Source of the DNA: Octopus sinensis
Lineage: Eukaryota
DNA length: 64,000 bases
Assembly: GCF_006345805.1 (NCBI RefSeq)
Contig: NC_043020.1
Coordinates: 3,224,001-3,288,000, forward strand
Direction of reading: 5' to 3'
The position numbers and the translations under genes were made by a program. The notes under the pieces are model-generated. The model worked only from the letters and a program-made list of their open reading frames with translations, was not told where the DNA came from and did not search any database. This document shows positions 49,832 to 62,180 of this stretch, in pieces. Each line of letters starts with the position of its first letter. Position 1 is the stretch's first letter.

Positions 49832-50092
49832 TACATTATTTACATTTGACGGATATTTGTCCTCATCTTGTTTGTTGTTAACACAATGTTTCAGCTGATA
49901 TACCCTCCAGCCTTCATCAGGTGTCTTGGGGAAATTTTGAACCTGGGTTCTCATTCCTAAGGTATTTTTTGATGTTATTATTATTATTCAGGTCACTACC
50001 TGGAATCAAACCCGTAATCTTGGGGTTAGTAGCCCATGCTCTTAACCACTATGCCATATGCCCATGGGTATAGTGGTTAAGAGTGTGGGCTA
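49832..50092 (-). mobile_element. tRNA-headed, hammerhead-bearing non-autonomous retroelement with inverted 5' duplication
   Basis: On the minus strand: A-box TGGCATAGTGG (50056-50046), B-box GGTTTGATTCC (50012-50002) 33 nt away, an (AAT)n spacer, then the hammerhead. Hairpin at 50030-50092. Confidence 0.65.
49880..49925 (-). ncRNA. Minimal type I hammerhead ribozyme motif (Penelope-like), decayed copy
   Basis: Minus strand GACAC-CTGATGA-A-GGCTG-gagggtatat-CAGCT-GAAAC-ATT-GTGTT. Core CUGAUGA/GAAA, helix II GGCUG/CAGC(U), helix I GACAC/GUGUU. Two G/C>A/T changes at inferred CpG positions disrupt helix III and weaken helix II. Confidence 0.7.
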
Positions 50093-51239
50093 AATTATGC
50101 TAATAGCTAAACTAAACAGGAGAATGTCTCCACAGATATTTAGTCTGTTCCATGTGAAACAATGACATCTTTGGAAATAAATGTTCTGTTTCCAAGATGG
50201 AAACATACAAATGCAAATACAGTCAGCTGTTGAATGATTTTGGGGTTTTCTTTTATTTTTCTACATTGGACAACAAGTAAATATTTTATTGGCTGCAACA
50301 GGAACTATGCATATATTTTATTTTATTTTTTTTATATTGTCCCCCCCGAAAGAGTAATTTGCATGTTGGTAGTATTGCTAGAATAGAAAGCTATCATCAG
50401 TCGGTTTCTACTGTTTCTCTGATTTATTCTACATTCACTCGTATTTTGTTGCTTCTCTGCAGCTGCTGTGTTAAAATGTGTATGAATGTGCATATGCATA
50501 CACACACACACACACATATATATATATGTGTATATATACACACACATTGAGACACACATACATAGACACAAACAGAATCTTCAGCTGGCTTCAGTTCTAA
50601 CCGATTATTAATGCTTGTATCCATTATGCACCAAGCAACAGCTAAAAAAAAATCATTGTGAATTCAATATATGCACAAGTGTGTGTGTGTGTGTGTAATG
50701 AGAGAGTATGAGAGAGAGGGAGAGATAAGCTTGTATTTATAAACAAGAAGTAGAAGTACTCAATACATTAGATAGAGTTTAAAACATTTCATTTACAAAT
50801 AGATGCCACAAGTTTTTTGATGCTAATTGTTCAAGTTAACGAACTGATCTTTTTTAAAAAGTGAAAATATAAAACTTAAGTGCCAAGAAGTTTTCAGCCT
50901 CTCGTGATAAGTGTGTGTGTGTGTGTGCATGTGCTTGCATGCACGTGTGTGTTCGCATATTTGTGTCTATTCCTGTCTTGATGCCATGTGATGGTTATAA
51001 ACAAGCCTCTTCATTTTCAGTCTTTCATCAAAAATATATCTGATCATGGGAAATATCACCTTGCTTGGAAACTCAATAAATTCCATTTGATCCACGCAAG
51101 CATGAAAAGTGGGTGTTATAATTATAAATGTATATATATATACTAGTGCAAACATGCTATCTTTAAGACGGCATGTTTTACATTGATTTCATATCATTGT
51201 ATTATATACTCGTATTGTGTATATGCTTAATTATACATA

Positions 51240-51587
51240 TATCGTTGCCAGAGCGGCTATCTGGCTTCGTGCTGGTGGCATGTAAGAGGCACCATTCGAG
51301 CGTGATCGTTACCAGCATCGCCTTACTGGCACCTGTGCCATTGGCATGTGTAAAAAGATTCGAGTGAGGTCGTTGCCTGTACTGCCTGACTGGCCTCCAT
51401 GCCGGTGGCATGTAAAAGCACCCACTACACTCTCGGAGTGGCTGGCGTTAGGAATGGCATCCAGCTGTAGAAACTCTGCCAGATCAGACTGGGGCCTGGT
51501 GCAGCCTCCTGGCTTCCCAGACCCTGGTCAAACCGTCCAACCCATGCTAGCATGGAAAACGGACGTTAAATGATGATGATGATGATA
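51240..51587 (+). mobile_element. RTE 3' UTR-type repeat
   Basis: Same family, ending aaacggacgttaaatgatgatgatgatg. Confidence 0.7.
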
Positions 51588-52101
51588 TCATGCATGTGGA
51601 AAGAATACTATCACGACTTGCAACATGAAGGAAGCTTGAATGTCAATAGTGGGAAACATAAAATAGAGCTACAATACGAATGCAATTATGTTAAAAGAAC
51701 ATGCAATTAAATTTACTACCTAAATACCACCAATAAATTTTATTGTGGCTGTGTGTGTGTGTGTATTCATTTATATATACACACTGATGCATTTTTAATA
51801 CAATTCATATTCGTTACTATACACAATATCATCGTAATTACCATTATCCTATCTAGTGAAAAATTGAGCTCATCTCATTCACATTATTGTGACCCTCTTG
51901 ATGCACACCAAATGAAAGAAGTGTATTGTTTGTTTATATATGACATGCAGTTACATTATTAAATATTGTTACATGCAAAATGAAAGTTAAGTGATGCAAG
52001 CTGATATGTAGATGTTTAATAGCAATATGATCTTAGTATGACTTGTCAAAGCAATCGGCATCACTACACAAATGTGCCCTACTGACATTGTTCCCACATA
52101 A

Positions 52102-52728
52102 TTTCCAGAAAAATAGGTATTTTCTAATAAAATTTTCTACACATACACTTCAGATGTTGTAGATTCTGATTATATTGGAATTTGTTGTGAAAAGATTTCT
52201 CTGGGGGTGGGGAGAGGAGTATCAGAAAATTTCCACAAGGCGGCTCTGTTTCCTCACATCTTTCAGAAAAATGGATATTTTTAAATGAAATTTTCTACAA
52301 ATACCTTTCAGAGTTTGTAAATTGTGATTATATTGGAATTTGATGTGAAAAGGCAAAGGTGAGAACAAGCATACATACTGACACATGCATCACTTTTTTT
52401 TTTTTTTTTTGAAATTTCAAGTTCCATTTTGTCAATATATGTGATATGTTAACACATATCACATAAGTGTGTGAACCTAACAATTTTCATTTCTCATATT
52501 AAATTCTGATATAATCATAATCTACACACTCTGAAAGCTATTTGTAGAAAATTTTATCAAAAAATATTCACTTTTCTGAAATTCATATGGAAACAAAACC
52601 TACTTGTGGAAATTTTCTGAAATTCCTCTCGCTGACCATAGAAAACATTTTTTACTACAAATTATTGGAATCTACATTGTCTGAAGCATATTTGTTGAAA
52701 ATTTCATTAAAAATATGCATTTTTCTGG
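52102..52728. mobile_element. Foldback-like palindromic element with modular arms
   Basis: An approximately 92-bp module occurs twice in direct orientation (52102-52194, 52261-52352) and twice inverted (about 52488-52581, 52650-52728) around a spacer containing poly-T. Confidence 0.6.
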
Positions 52729-53891
52729 GGGTTATAAGGAAAGAATATAAAACATAAGCTTTAATAAATGTTGTAGAGATATTTGAACATGCAATGTCTG
52801 CCAAGTAGAAATTTTAATGACAGATTACTTGTATTTGCACATGTGCATAAATTTAGTGCAGCCATAAATACTTCCCTCTGGCCAAGGCTGGTATACCAGT
52901 GTGCATGCATTACCAGAAGTCCATAATAAACATGTATTCGTTAAAATTATATCAAAGATATACACACACATGAAAGCAAGTGAGGATACGAAACACAGAA
53001 GTTGATGTTAATAATCAAATCTATTTATGATACTAATAATTATTCTTCCTGAGAAGGTATGAAGTGGTGGAAGTACTGAAATGTTGAACTAAATATACAA
53101 TATTTGAGACAAATCTCTCCAAGTTCAAATCCAACTTGTGTCTACTTCATCTTTCTGCTGAGTTGATAAAATTTCCAGTGTGGTTTCACTTTTTACTTTT
53201 CATAAAATATATTTTTGTTGTTTTTTTTCAAATTTTTTTGAAAATAATTGAGTGGCTTTGTTAAAATTAATAAATTTTTTAATTAAACCTATAATATCTG
53301 TTGTTGGCAATTGTTGACACTTCAGATACTCTTTAGGGAGTCAAACCATGAGCTGAAAAGCTTGGACAACCTCTGAGGACTCTTTCTATTTGAATGCCAT
53401 TATTGCATGCCAGTAAATATATCTGGTTGTTGTTGTTGTTATTGTTCAATTATTGGCAGTTGAAAAATTTAGATATTTTTATACAGTGGCTACTAAAAGT
53501 TTTGAATAAAGCATTGTGGGTGCAGGTACGGCTATACGGTTAGGAAACTGGCATCTCACTCAAGTGGTCTGGGGTTGTTCCTCTATGCGACATCTTGGAC
53601 AAGTGCCTTGTGAGTGGATTTGGTTGATAGAAACTGAGAGATGTGTGTGTGTGTGTATATATATATATATTTATTTATATATATCCATCTATCATCCAGT
53701 GTTTTAAATCTAGGTTTTGTCCCTGTTAATGGGGGTGGCCTAGGTTTTCATTGATATGGAAAGAGTTAATCGACAAGTGCTTAGGGCAAGAGCTAAGCTC
53801 AACTTAATTTCTGCTCCTTTGTTTGAGAGTAGCATGTATTTAATTATTAGTTGGAATGCTTTCACTTCAAATATCCCCATAAAGCCCTTAA

Positions 53892-54764
53892 CCCTTTAGC
53901 TCCCAGATTACTCTGTCAAAACGTAAAGGGTAAAGACCTCCCCACAGTCATGAATGCCCTTGAGATTGCACCTAGAACATTCCCCTCTGAGGCACAAGTC
54001 CGGGCAAGGTTGTTTTTATGGAAGACCAGCAGTCGCCTATGCAGAACAGCCTCCCCTCTCCATGCCACTGATGTCATCCGAGGAAAAGGCAATTGCCAAT
54101 ACAGCTTGGCATCGGTGACATCGCAGCTCATTTCTATAGCCAAATTAATTGGTGCAACGCGAAATAAAGTGTCTTGCTCAAGAACACAACACAGCCCGGG
54201 AATTGAACCCACTACCTCATGATTGTGAGCCTGATGCTCTGTTTTTTATTCACAATGTTCTGATTGAACCAGGCACTGCTTCGCAGCTTCAAGATTTTGA
54301 CAATATGATCGTTTATTTTCAGAATGACATTGTAGGGTAGGTGTGAGAGGCTAGATCTGGCCAGTTTGAACTCAAGGAAATGGCCTGCACACCCATGTAA
54401 ATACCTTAGCCCATTATTACCCAGATTATTCTGTTAAATTTAAAGCAGATTTTATTTGCATTGTTTTAATTGGATCATGTTTTAATTTGCGTTAGGAAGG
54501 GCATCCAGCTGTAGAAGCTCTGCCAGATCAGATTGGAGCCTGGTGCAGCCTCCTGGCTTCCCAGACCTCAGTCAAATCGTCCAACCCATGCCAGCATCGA
54601 AAGCGGATGTTGATGATGATGATGCACTATTTCTGCAGCTTCAAGATTTCAATGATATGATTGTTTATTTTCAGAATGACATTGTAGGGTAGGTGTGAGA
54701 GGCTAGATTTAGCCAATTTGGTAGAATATTTGGCCTGGATATGAATGGTTTAAATGCTAAAGGG
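53892..54764. mobile_element. Compound insertion: piggyBac-like MITE with two body copies, a SINE C and an RTE tail
   Basis: TTAA|CCCTTTAGC...GCTAAAGGG|TTAA. The body is repeated at 54272-54369 and 54623-54720, with SINE C (-) at 53931-54240 and the RTE UTR at 54490-54622. Confidence 0.65.
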
Positions 54765-56039
54765 TTAAGGCAAAAGGCATCACAAATTTCCATTCTTTCT
54801 TCCCTTAAAAAAATATCCTGTACTGAATTAAATATACAAAGCAATAATTAATTGCAGAAATAAGTGTATCACCTGACAGGTAGAGAGCAGAAACGTTAGA
54901 GCATTGGATATAGCATTTTGAAACATTTGGTATTTGGTTGTGTCTGTTTGCATTCTGAGTTCAAATCCTATCTGGATCCAAACAGCATTTCCTCTATCTG
55001 ACGTCATTGATAAAACAAGTTTCCTGTTGATAAAAATTACTTGTGGGGATTCACTCTAATTATATCTTAAAAGGTGATGCCACAGCATGGCCACAAACGC
55101 ATTACCTTACACCCATACACCAGACCACTCGCTATTACTGCAAGTGTATATGAAAATAGTCTTGCAGTTTTGTATGAGAAGACATCCTATGTATGTGTGT
55201 GCATCAGCTATATATATATATATTTATATATACGTATAAAGCGGATATCTTTAGTCATGTTGTGTCTGCGTTGGTGGATGATTGATGTGTTTGTGTTGGT
55301 ATATTTGTTGTGTGTGTTTCTGTTTGTGTACGGTTGATGTGTCGGTGGGAATTAAATAGCAATGTCGGTGGAATCGTGTTTCATTAGCGAATCTGTCAAA
55401 CAGCAGAGCAAGTTTAGATTGCAGTGCAAGCAGCCAGGAAGATCTCGGAAAGAAGGAAGCGAAACTTCTTACTGCATTGACTGCAATAAAAGTAGAAGTA
55501 AATTTATCTACCCACACACACATGCAGATAATGTGCACACACATATATAAATGTGCACATGCACACACACACAAACAAATGATGATGATGATGAGATGCA
55601 CACACATACATGTGTGTATATATATATCATCTTTTAACACCCACCTTCCGTGCTGCTGTAGGCTGGAAAGTATTACAGGATCTGACATTGTGCTCCATTC
55701 TCTTCTTTAGCTTAATTTCTATGGCTAAATGTCCTTCCTAATGGTAATTATTTTACAAAGTGACTGGGAGTGCTTTTCATAGTACCAACGCTAGTGAGGT
55801 TGCCACTCAACTCACAAGACTAAGATCCCTTCTCTTCTTTCCTTTCCCCTTTTCTTCTACAGACATATTCTATATTCCATCCTCAGAAAGAAATTCTATG
55901 AATATCTTTAATCTCCATTATTTGCATTCATAATTTGGCTAATAACCCTGTGAATTCATAGGTAAAACTCCAATGTAGCAAGAGACTGATTCAACCAAAA
56001 TATAAATAATGTGTGTGTGTCTCTAAATATATTTGCTGT

Positions 56040-56615
56040 ATATCATCATTTAACATGTTTCCCAGGTTCCATTTGTCTGTTTTGGCATGGTTTCTGTGGT
56101 TGGATGCCCTTCCTAACCCCAACCACTTTACAGGGTGTGCTGGATGCTTCTAGCATGGTACTGGCACAGGCGTTTTGACATAGCACCAGCACAGGGCCTT
56201 TTATGTGGCACCAGCACAAGTGTCTTTTACATGGCACCTGCATGGGTGTTTTTCCATGACACTGGCACAAGTGTTTTTTACGTGACACCAACACTCACAA
56301 GCCCTCAAGAGAAGTGCCTTTTGGCTGAGAGCAGGATGTAGAGGGCATACCTGTATGTATGGATGGCCACAGATTTAATTAGCTTGATGTGTCTTCTCTG
56401 GCACAGGAAACTGCCAGGAAGTCTTGGTCCCTTGTCATGTCATCTGTGAGGCCCAATGTTTGAAGATCCTTTCTCACTACTTTGTCCCACATCTTTCTGA
56501 GTCTTTCCCTTCCAGAGGTTCGTTCCATAATTAGAGATCAACAGTTCCTTATACAGCTGTCCTCATCCATACACACCTCGTAACCATAGCAGCGAACTCT
56601 TCTCCCTTGTACACT
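56040..56615 (-). mobile_element. RTE LINE 3' end, same family as 7862-8340
   Basis: Homologous ORF end (agcttgatgtgtcttct...gtgaggcccaa...ctcatccatac) plus the UTR with gatgcccttcctaa and a (CAT)n tail. Confidence 0.75.
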
Positions 56616-56849
56616 AAAACTGATGCCTCTTCTACCCAATTTTTCTCTTCAATCATTTACACTCTGATATACATACACACTGACATTGCTTGTGTGTGTG
56701 TACTACATTACTATTCTACTACTCCTCCTCCCACTTCAGTTGTGTTACTCATCGTCTTCCCTTCCCTAACTTCTCCCTCTCATGTATCATTGGTGGAATC
56801 TCTGATGGTTCTAATCATGGTACAGTTCCCCAATACTCAAGTACATACA

Positions 56850-57608
56850 TTTTTTCATGTGAAAATTGAACGATCATCAAATGACACGTCTTAAAACTTG
56901 CTGTTCTTTGCTGTCATGGCATAAAAGTGAACCATTTTTGCATCACATTGTTACGTGTGATGGAAGATGGATTGTTTTCAACAATAGCAAGTGTTCTGCA
57001 ATGGTGGTTGGATAGAAACGAAGTGCTGAAACACAATCCAAAAACCAATATTCACCAAAAAAAGCTAATGGTATCTGTTTGGTGGTCCAGCACTAGTGTC
57101 ATCCACTGCAGCTTTATGAGAACTGGTAAGTCAATTACAGCAGATGTATAAATCAACCAATTGGATGAAATGATGAGTGGACTTGCAATTAAACAACCGA
57201 GATTGGTCAATAAGAGACAAATCAATTCTCTTGCAAGACAATGCTTGACCACATGTTGCACAAAGAATGCTGCTCAAGTTACAGGAACTGAACTTGGAAG
57301 TACTCTGCCATCCACCATATTCACCAGACCTTGCACCAACTGACTATCAGGTTTCCCAGGCATTAGACAACTTTTTGCAAGTTAAAAACTTCAAATCTGA
57401 AGAAGATGCAAAAACAGCCTTTCCTGATTTCATCACCTCTTGCTCTCCAGAATTCTTTGCTGCTGGCAGAAATAAGCTACCAATGAAATGGCAAAACTGT
57501 GTTGATAATTTTGGTGAACACTTTGATTAACTGCATTGCTTTTTGTTGAGATAAAGTAATGTAAACTTTCAGTTCAAAATCAGACATTTCATTCTTAATA
57601 TCCTGATA
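56850..57608 (+). mobile_element. Mariner (DD34D) transposon relic, 5' truncated
   Basis: EPFLHHIVTCD...KKLMVSVWWS...LQDNA*PHVAQRMLLKLQELNLEVLCHPPYSPDLAPTDY...KWQNCVDNFGEHFD* (57530). YSPDLAPxD motif with D34D spacing, plus in-frame stops and frameshifts. Confidence 0.9.
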
Positions 57609-57702
57609 TTTCATGTTTGTATCTATTATAGCTACTCATGTCTAAAAGAAATAGTGTTGCACTATACATATGTGTGGACATTATTTCTATTGTACTTTTT
57701 TA

Positions 57703-57910
57703 AGGTGGTGAACTGGCAGAATCGTTTGCACACTGGGCAAAATGCTTAGTGGCATTTCATCCGTCTTTGCATTCTGAGTTCAAGTTCTACCAATGTCAAC
57801 TCTGCTTTCCATCCTTTTGGGTCAATAAAATAAGTTAAACACTGGGTTCAATGTAATTGACTTTACCCCATCCTCCAAAATTGCTGGCCTTGTGCCAAAA
57901 TTTGATGTCA
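57703..57910 (+). mobile_element. SINE family B
   Basis: aaggtggtgaactggcagaatcg...gcctTgtgccaaaatttga. Confidence 0.7.
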
Positions 57911-58420
57911 TTATTTCCATTCTATTTAATTTTTTCAAGGACCCATACTTCACATTACAGGTCAAATAAACATGAACTTAAAAATCTTGCTTGAAAACAG
58001 CAAAAATTGAACCTCAAAATACAAATTGGAATTGCTTCTGACAACAAATGAAAACTGAACTGTTTGTAGAGTGATTAACCTCAGCTTTCCTCCTTGCACG
58101 TAACACTTTCATATTTCTATGGCTGGTTAAATAGTACCAGTAATATACTGGTGGTATCATTTTCATCGATTGTTCCCGATATATTTGAAACAATAAAAAC
58201 AAATTTGTTTTTAAAAAATTTCAAATTTAAGTTTTGATAACATTTTAAATTGATTTGTTGGAATTGTGGGGGTGGGATGTGTTAGGTGGGTGGAGGGAGT
58301 TTACATGGATTAGTGTGGTTTAGTGAAGTTTATGTTAAAATTCTATTAATGGGAATAAAATCAAAACCAATATATCTGAATAAATATTATCATTCTTGTG
58401 TAGGCTATTCACTGTTGTTG

Positions 58421-58457
<37 letters not shown>

Positions 58458-59109
58458 CGAGACGGAGAGAGAGAGAGAGAGAGAGAGAGAAGTGTGTGGC
58501 TAGCGGAGCATGTGCGTGGGATAAAGAATATTTTGAAGACACAGCTCAGTCTGTTTCCATTGTATTCTACGCCAACTTAGACAATATGATGATATTGATT
58601 TTTGTTCATATTTTTTCCCTTCTTTTCGTGCTATTGATCTGTCCTTTGAGACAGCAACAACAACCACTAATACTACTACTACTACTACTGATCAGTGGCA
58701 GATTGACTTGCAGCTAATGACCTCTCATTCATTTAATTAGCCATTTCATGATTTATCTTTCAAATTGCTTCCTTATTTTTTTCATATTGGTTTGTGTTTT
58801 GAGGTTTGTATCTGGTCAAGTTTTGAAGGTGTTGGCACTTCTGCTCTTAAAAGACATCAGAATAAACCTCATCTCTGTGGGTTTCTCACAAGAGTATCAG
58901 GTCCATTTCCAGAGTGAAACACTGTGATGGTGACAAGGAAAGGCAGCTTGGTTTAACGCAGCCTCTTCATCCTACCTCTTCAGTCCTTTGGATGCTTTTT
59001 TGTAAGATTTATTCTGCTGGCAGCATTCAAACCAGACACCCCTATCTTCCCAATTCCATTTCTGTCCGTGTTTTTACCTTCAGACATTGACCTACACACG
59101 TCCAGTTTG

Positions 59110-59275
59110 TGCAATGGCCACGTTAATTTCACTTGTCAGTTGATGAAAGGATCATAGAGCAATGTGAAATGAAGTGTTTTGCTCAAGAACACAATGCAAT
59201 GCCCAGTCTGGGAATTGAAACCACAATCTTGCAATCATGAGTGCAACACCCTAACCACTAAGCCATGTGCCTTCA
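59110..59275 (-). mobile_element. SINE family C head
   Basis: aagtgttttgctcaagaacac...ctaaccactaagccatgtgcc. Confidence 0.6.
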
Positions 59276-59516
59276 TATATATTCATGTGTGTGTGTGTGT
59301 GTCACTGTGTGTCCATCATCACCACTTGACAGCCAGTTTTGATGTGTCTATGTCTCCATAGCTTAGCAGTTCACCAGGTGGGACTGACAGAATAAGGGCC
59401 AGGCTTAAAAATAACATTATTGGATCAATTCATTTGACTAAAACTATTCCAAAGTGGTGCTCCAGTATGGCTGCAGTCTAATGACTGAAACAAGTAAAAG
59501 ATAAAGAAGGTTAATA

Positions 59517-59860
59517 GGGGCAGGCATGGCTGTATTGTCAAGAAGCTGAACAACTACATGGTTTCAGGTTCTATCCCACTGCATGGCACCTTGGGCAAGT
59601 TTCTTCTACTATAGCCTGGGGCTTACCAATATCTTGTGAGTGAATTTGGTAGACAGAAGCCACGTGAAAGCTTGTTGTATTTGTATATATTGTGTATATG
59701 AGTGTTTTTATGTGTGCCTCTCCCACCCCTGGCTTTGACAGCTGGTGCTGGTTTGTTTGTGTTCTTATTACTTAGTAAATGAGTACTGGGGTCAATTTGT
59801 TGAACTAAAGCCATTTGTCAGTGGCCCAGGATGGCTGCAGTCCAATGACTGCAGCGGCGA
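59517..59860 (+). mobile_element. SINE family A
   Basis: Head gggcaggcatggctgta, tail gctgcagtccaatgactg. Confidence 0.65.
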
Positions 59861-60528
59861 TAATAAGAAGGAAGAGGAAAAGAAAGAAAGAATGATTGGA
59901 AGAATTGTGATAGGACTGTTAGAGAAATGGTCTTTGCTGTAGAACATTGCTTCTTTCTGTCCATTTTAGTTTTGAATTACAAGTGAGAGGGGTCTCTATG
60001 TGGTCATACAGCTTGCTAGAAATAGTCACCCTCAAAACACACTCTGTTGAATGGACACATTGGAAAATGTAATACTACACATACACACAATGGGATGGTC
60101 ATAACTGGAATGGCTTCAGTTCTATGTCTGCTTGATCCAAGCTGAATTGTAGCTAAATAACAACTGCCTTCTCTACCACCACCACCACCACCAACTCTGT
60201 TTCTTTTCTCCACCACTTTTGTTTCTTCTCTGCCATGATACACCTTATTTCTTATCCATCTTAATAGTCTCACCACCATCGCCATCTGTTCTCACCCTTA
60301 ATATCCCACCATTCTTACCACTGTCAGCATCACCACAACATGGAGTGCCACTACTATTTCTACCTTAATACCATCACTTACCACAATCACCACCTTTGTT
60401 TCTTTCCTGTCACCTCCACCACCACCACCACCACCACCATCGTCACCGAAATATTTGTTATTCCAGATAATAGAGAATCTGTGATGGTATTTACTTTGTG
60501 CTTTTGTTTTTCTTCTCCTCTTCAACAG

Positions 60529-60570
60529 CAGAAACTGAGCACTTCTAAGTACAATGACGAAGAAAAAAGA
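60529..60570 (+). CDS. Candidate small in-frame exon (QKLSTSKYNDEEKR), or start of an alternative terminal exon
   Basis: Strong acceptor tttgtttttcttctcctcttcaacAG and weak donor AGA|GTAAAA. 42 nt, phase 0/0, compatible with the ERC donor at 49370. No homology recognised. Confidence 0.25.
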
Positions 60571-61809
60571 GTAAAAAAAAAAGAGAGAGAGAAAAAAAAA
60601 GCACTGATCTCACAATGTGACACTAAATAGATTTATTAAGGTGTTGTAATCCAGTGTGTTTGCTTTTTGTTGTTTATTGTTCCTGATGATCATTGAATAT
60701 TCCAAGGTTTTTTGTTGGTTTCTATTTTCGTCCGCTTGTTGCTTGTTCTTCCATAGCAATGGAGGAGGAGGTCTTTGTTCTGTTTTTTTGTTTCACGGAT
60801 TTGCTAATGGACATTTTTGTACTCTCCTCATTCTCCGGTGTTGCGAGTCACACCCTTGATGTGATATAAATATAGTATCATCATCATCATCATCATCATA
60901 ATCTTAAAGTCTGCTTTCCAATGTTGGCATGGATTGGATGAAGAGTTTATTGTGGCAGATTTTCTATGGCTGGATGCACTTTGAGTCGCCAATCCTCTCG
61001 CTTCAGGGTAATATTTGCTTATGGCCAGACGTGTCTGCGCTGAATTTTAGAAACGAACGACACTGCTTGTATGACAGGGACACTCATTTACAACTGCCGT
61101 GCAATGTCAAGACAAGGAGACACGCACACAAACATACGCAATTGGCTTCTTTCAGTTTCCACCTACCAAAACCCTAGGATCATGATTGGGAATCAGTCTT
61201 CTTACCTTGACAGGCATGCCTGCATCAAGATATGTATGTACTTAATTAATTATTTACTTATTAGGTGGTTTCTGTAAAGACTGCTCAGGGCATTTAATGA
61301 TGGAATACTGGAAAGATAAACATGCTATCTGTATATTAATTTTAAGCTAAGAATCAGAAAAAAAAAAAGATGTGTACAGATACACACACATATAATGTGC
61401 ACATATGCACACTTACACAAATATACGTTTATATGGATAGAGTATAACAATCTGGCTTAGACTTCAGTAACAGGAAAATATCTGTTTACAAACAAGAAGA
61501 GTAACAATTTATAAGAGATAAGAGGTTAATAGGTTAAAGCGCTTATATGCATACATACACAAATATATATTTATATGGATAGAGTATAACCATCTTGATA
61601 AAAAAAATCAGACTTATTGTCCTTCAAGAGACAACAGGGAGTTTTGGGGCCATAAGGTTGGGTTCTATGAAGCAGGCCCAAACCAGAGAGGATTTCTTAA
61701 TGAGTGCCATTAATCACATCCAAAGCATTTTTGTTTGCGAGTTTATAACCAGAATTAAGCTCCTTCAAGATCAAATCATTATAAAGACTTGGCGGTAGAG
61801 AATAAATAT

Positions 61810-61834
61810 ACATATATGCATATATACATACATG

Positions 61835-61890
<56 letters not shown>

Positions 61891-61999
61891 CAGGCATATG
61901 CATGTATACCTATAAATATGTATATGCATATCTATATATAAATATATATATATATGCATATATATATGTATGTATATGCATATATATGTATGTATATGC

Positions 62000-62037
<38 letters not shown>

Positions 62038-62128
62038 GTATTTAACAATCTGTATGTATGTATATAATGATATGTATGTATGTGTATATATATATATGTA
62101 TGTATGTATGTATATAATGATATGTATG

Positions 62129-62170
<42 letters not shown>

Positions 62171-62180
62171 CACACATATA
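61810..62180. repeat. TA/TATG microsatellite with a 50-bp duplicated unit
   Basis: tataatgatatgtatgtatgtgtata is repeated, with aatga at 62066 and 62116. Confidence 0.85.

Noticed and set aside
50002-50060. tRNA-Ser(ACT)-like gene on the minus strand
   Set aside because: The anticodon stem has only 3 bp, the acceptor stem is not recoverable, and it is embedded in a repeat. Treated as a SINE head, as were all other tRNA-like heads.
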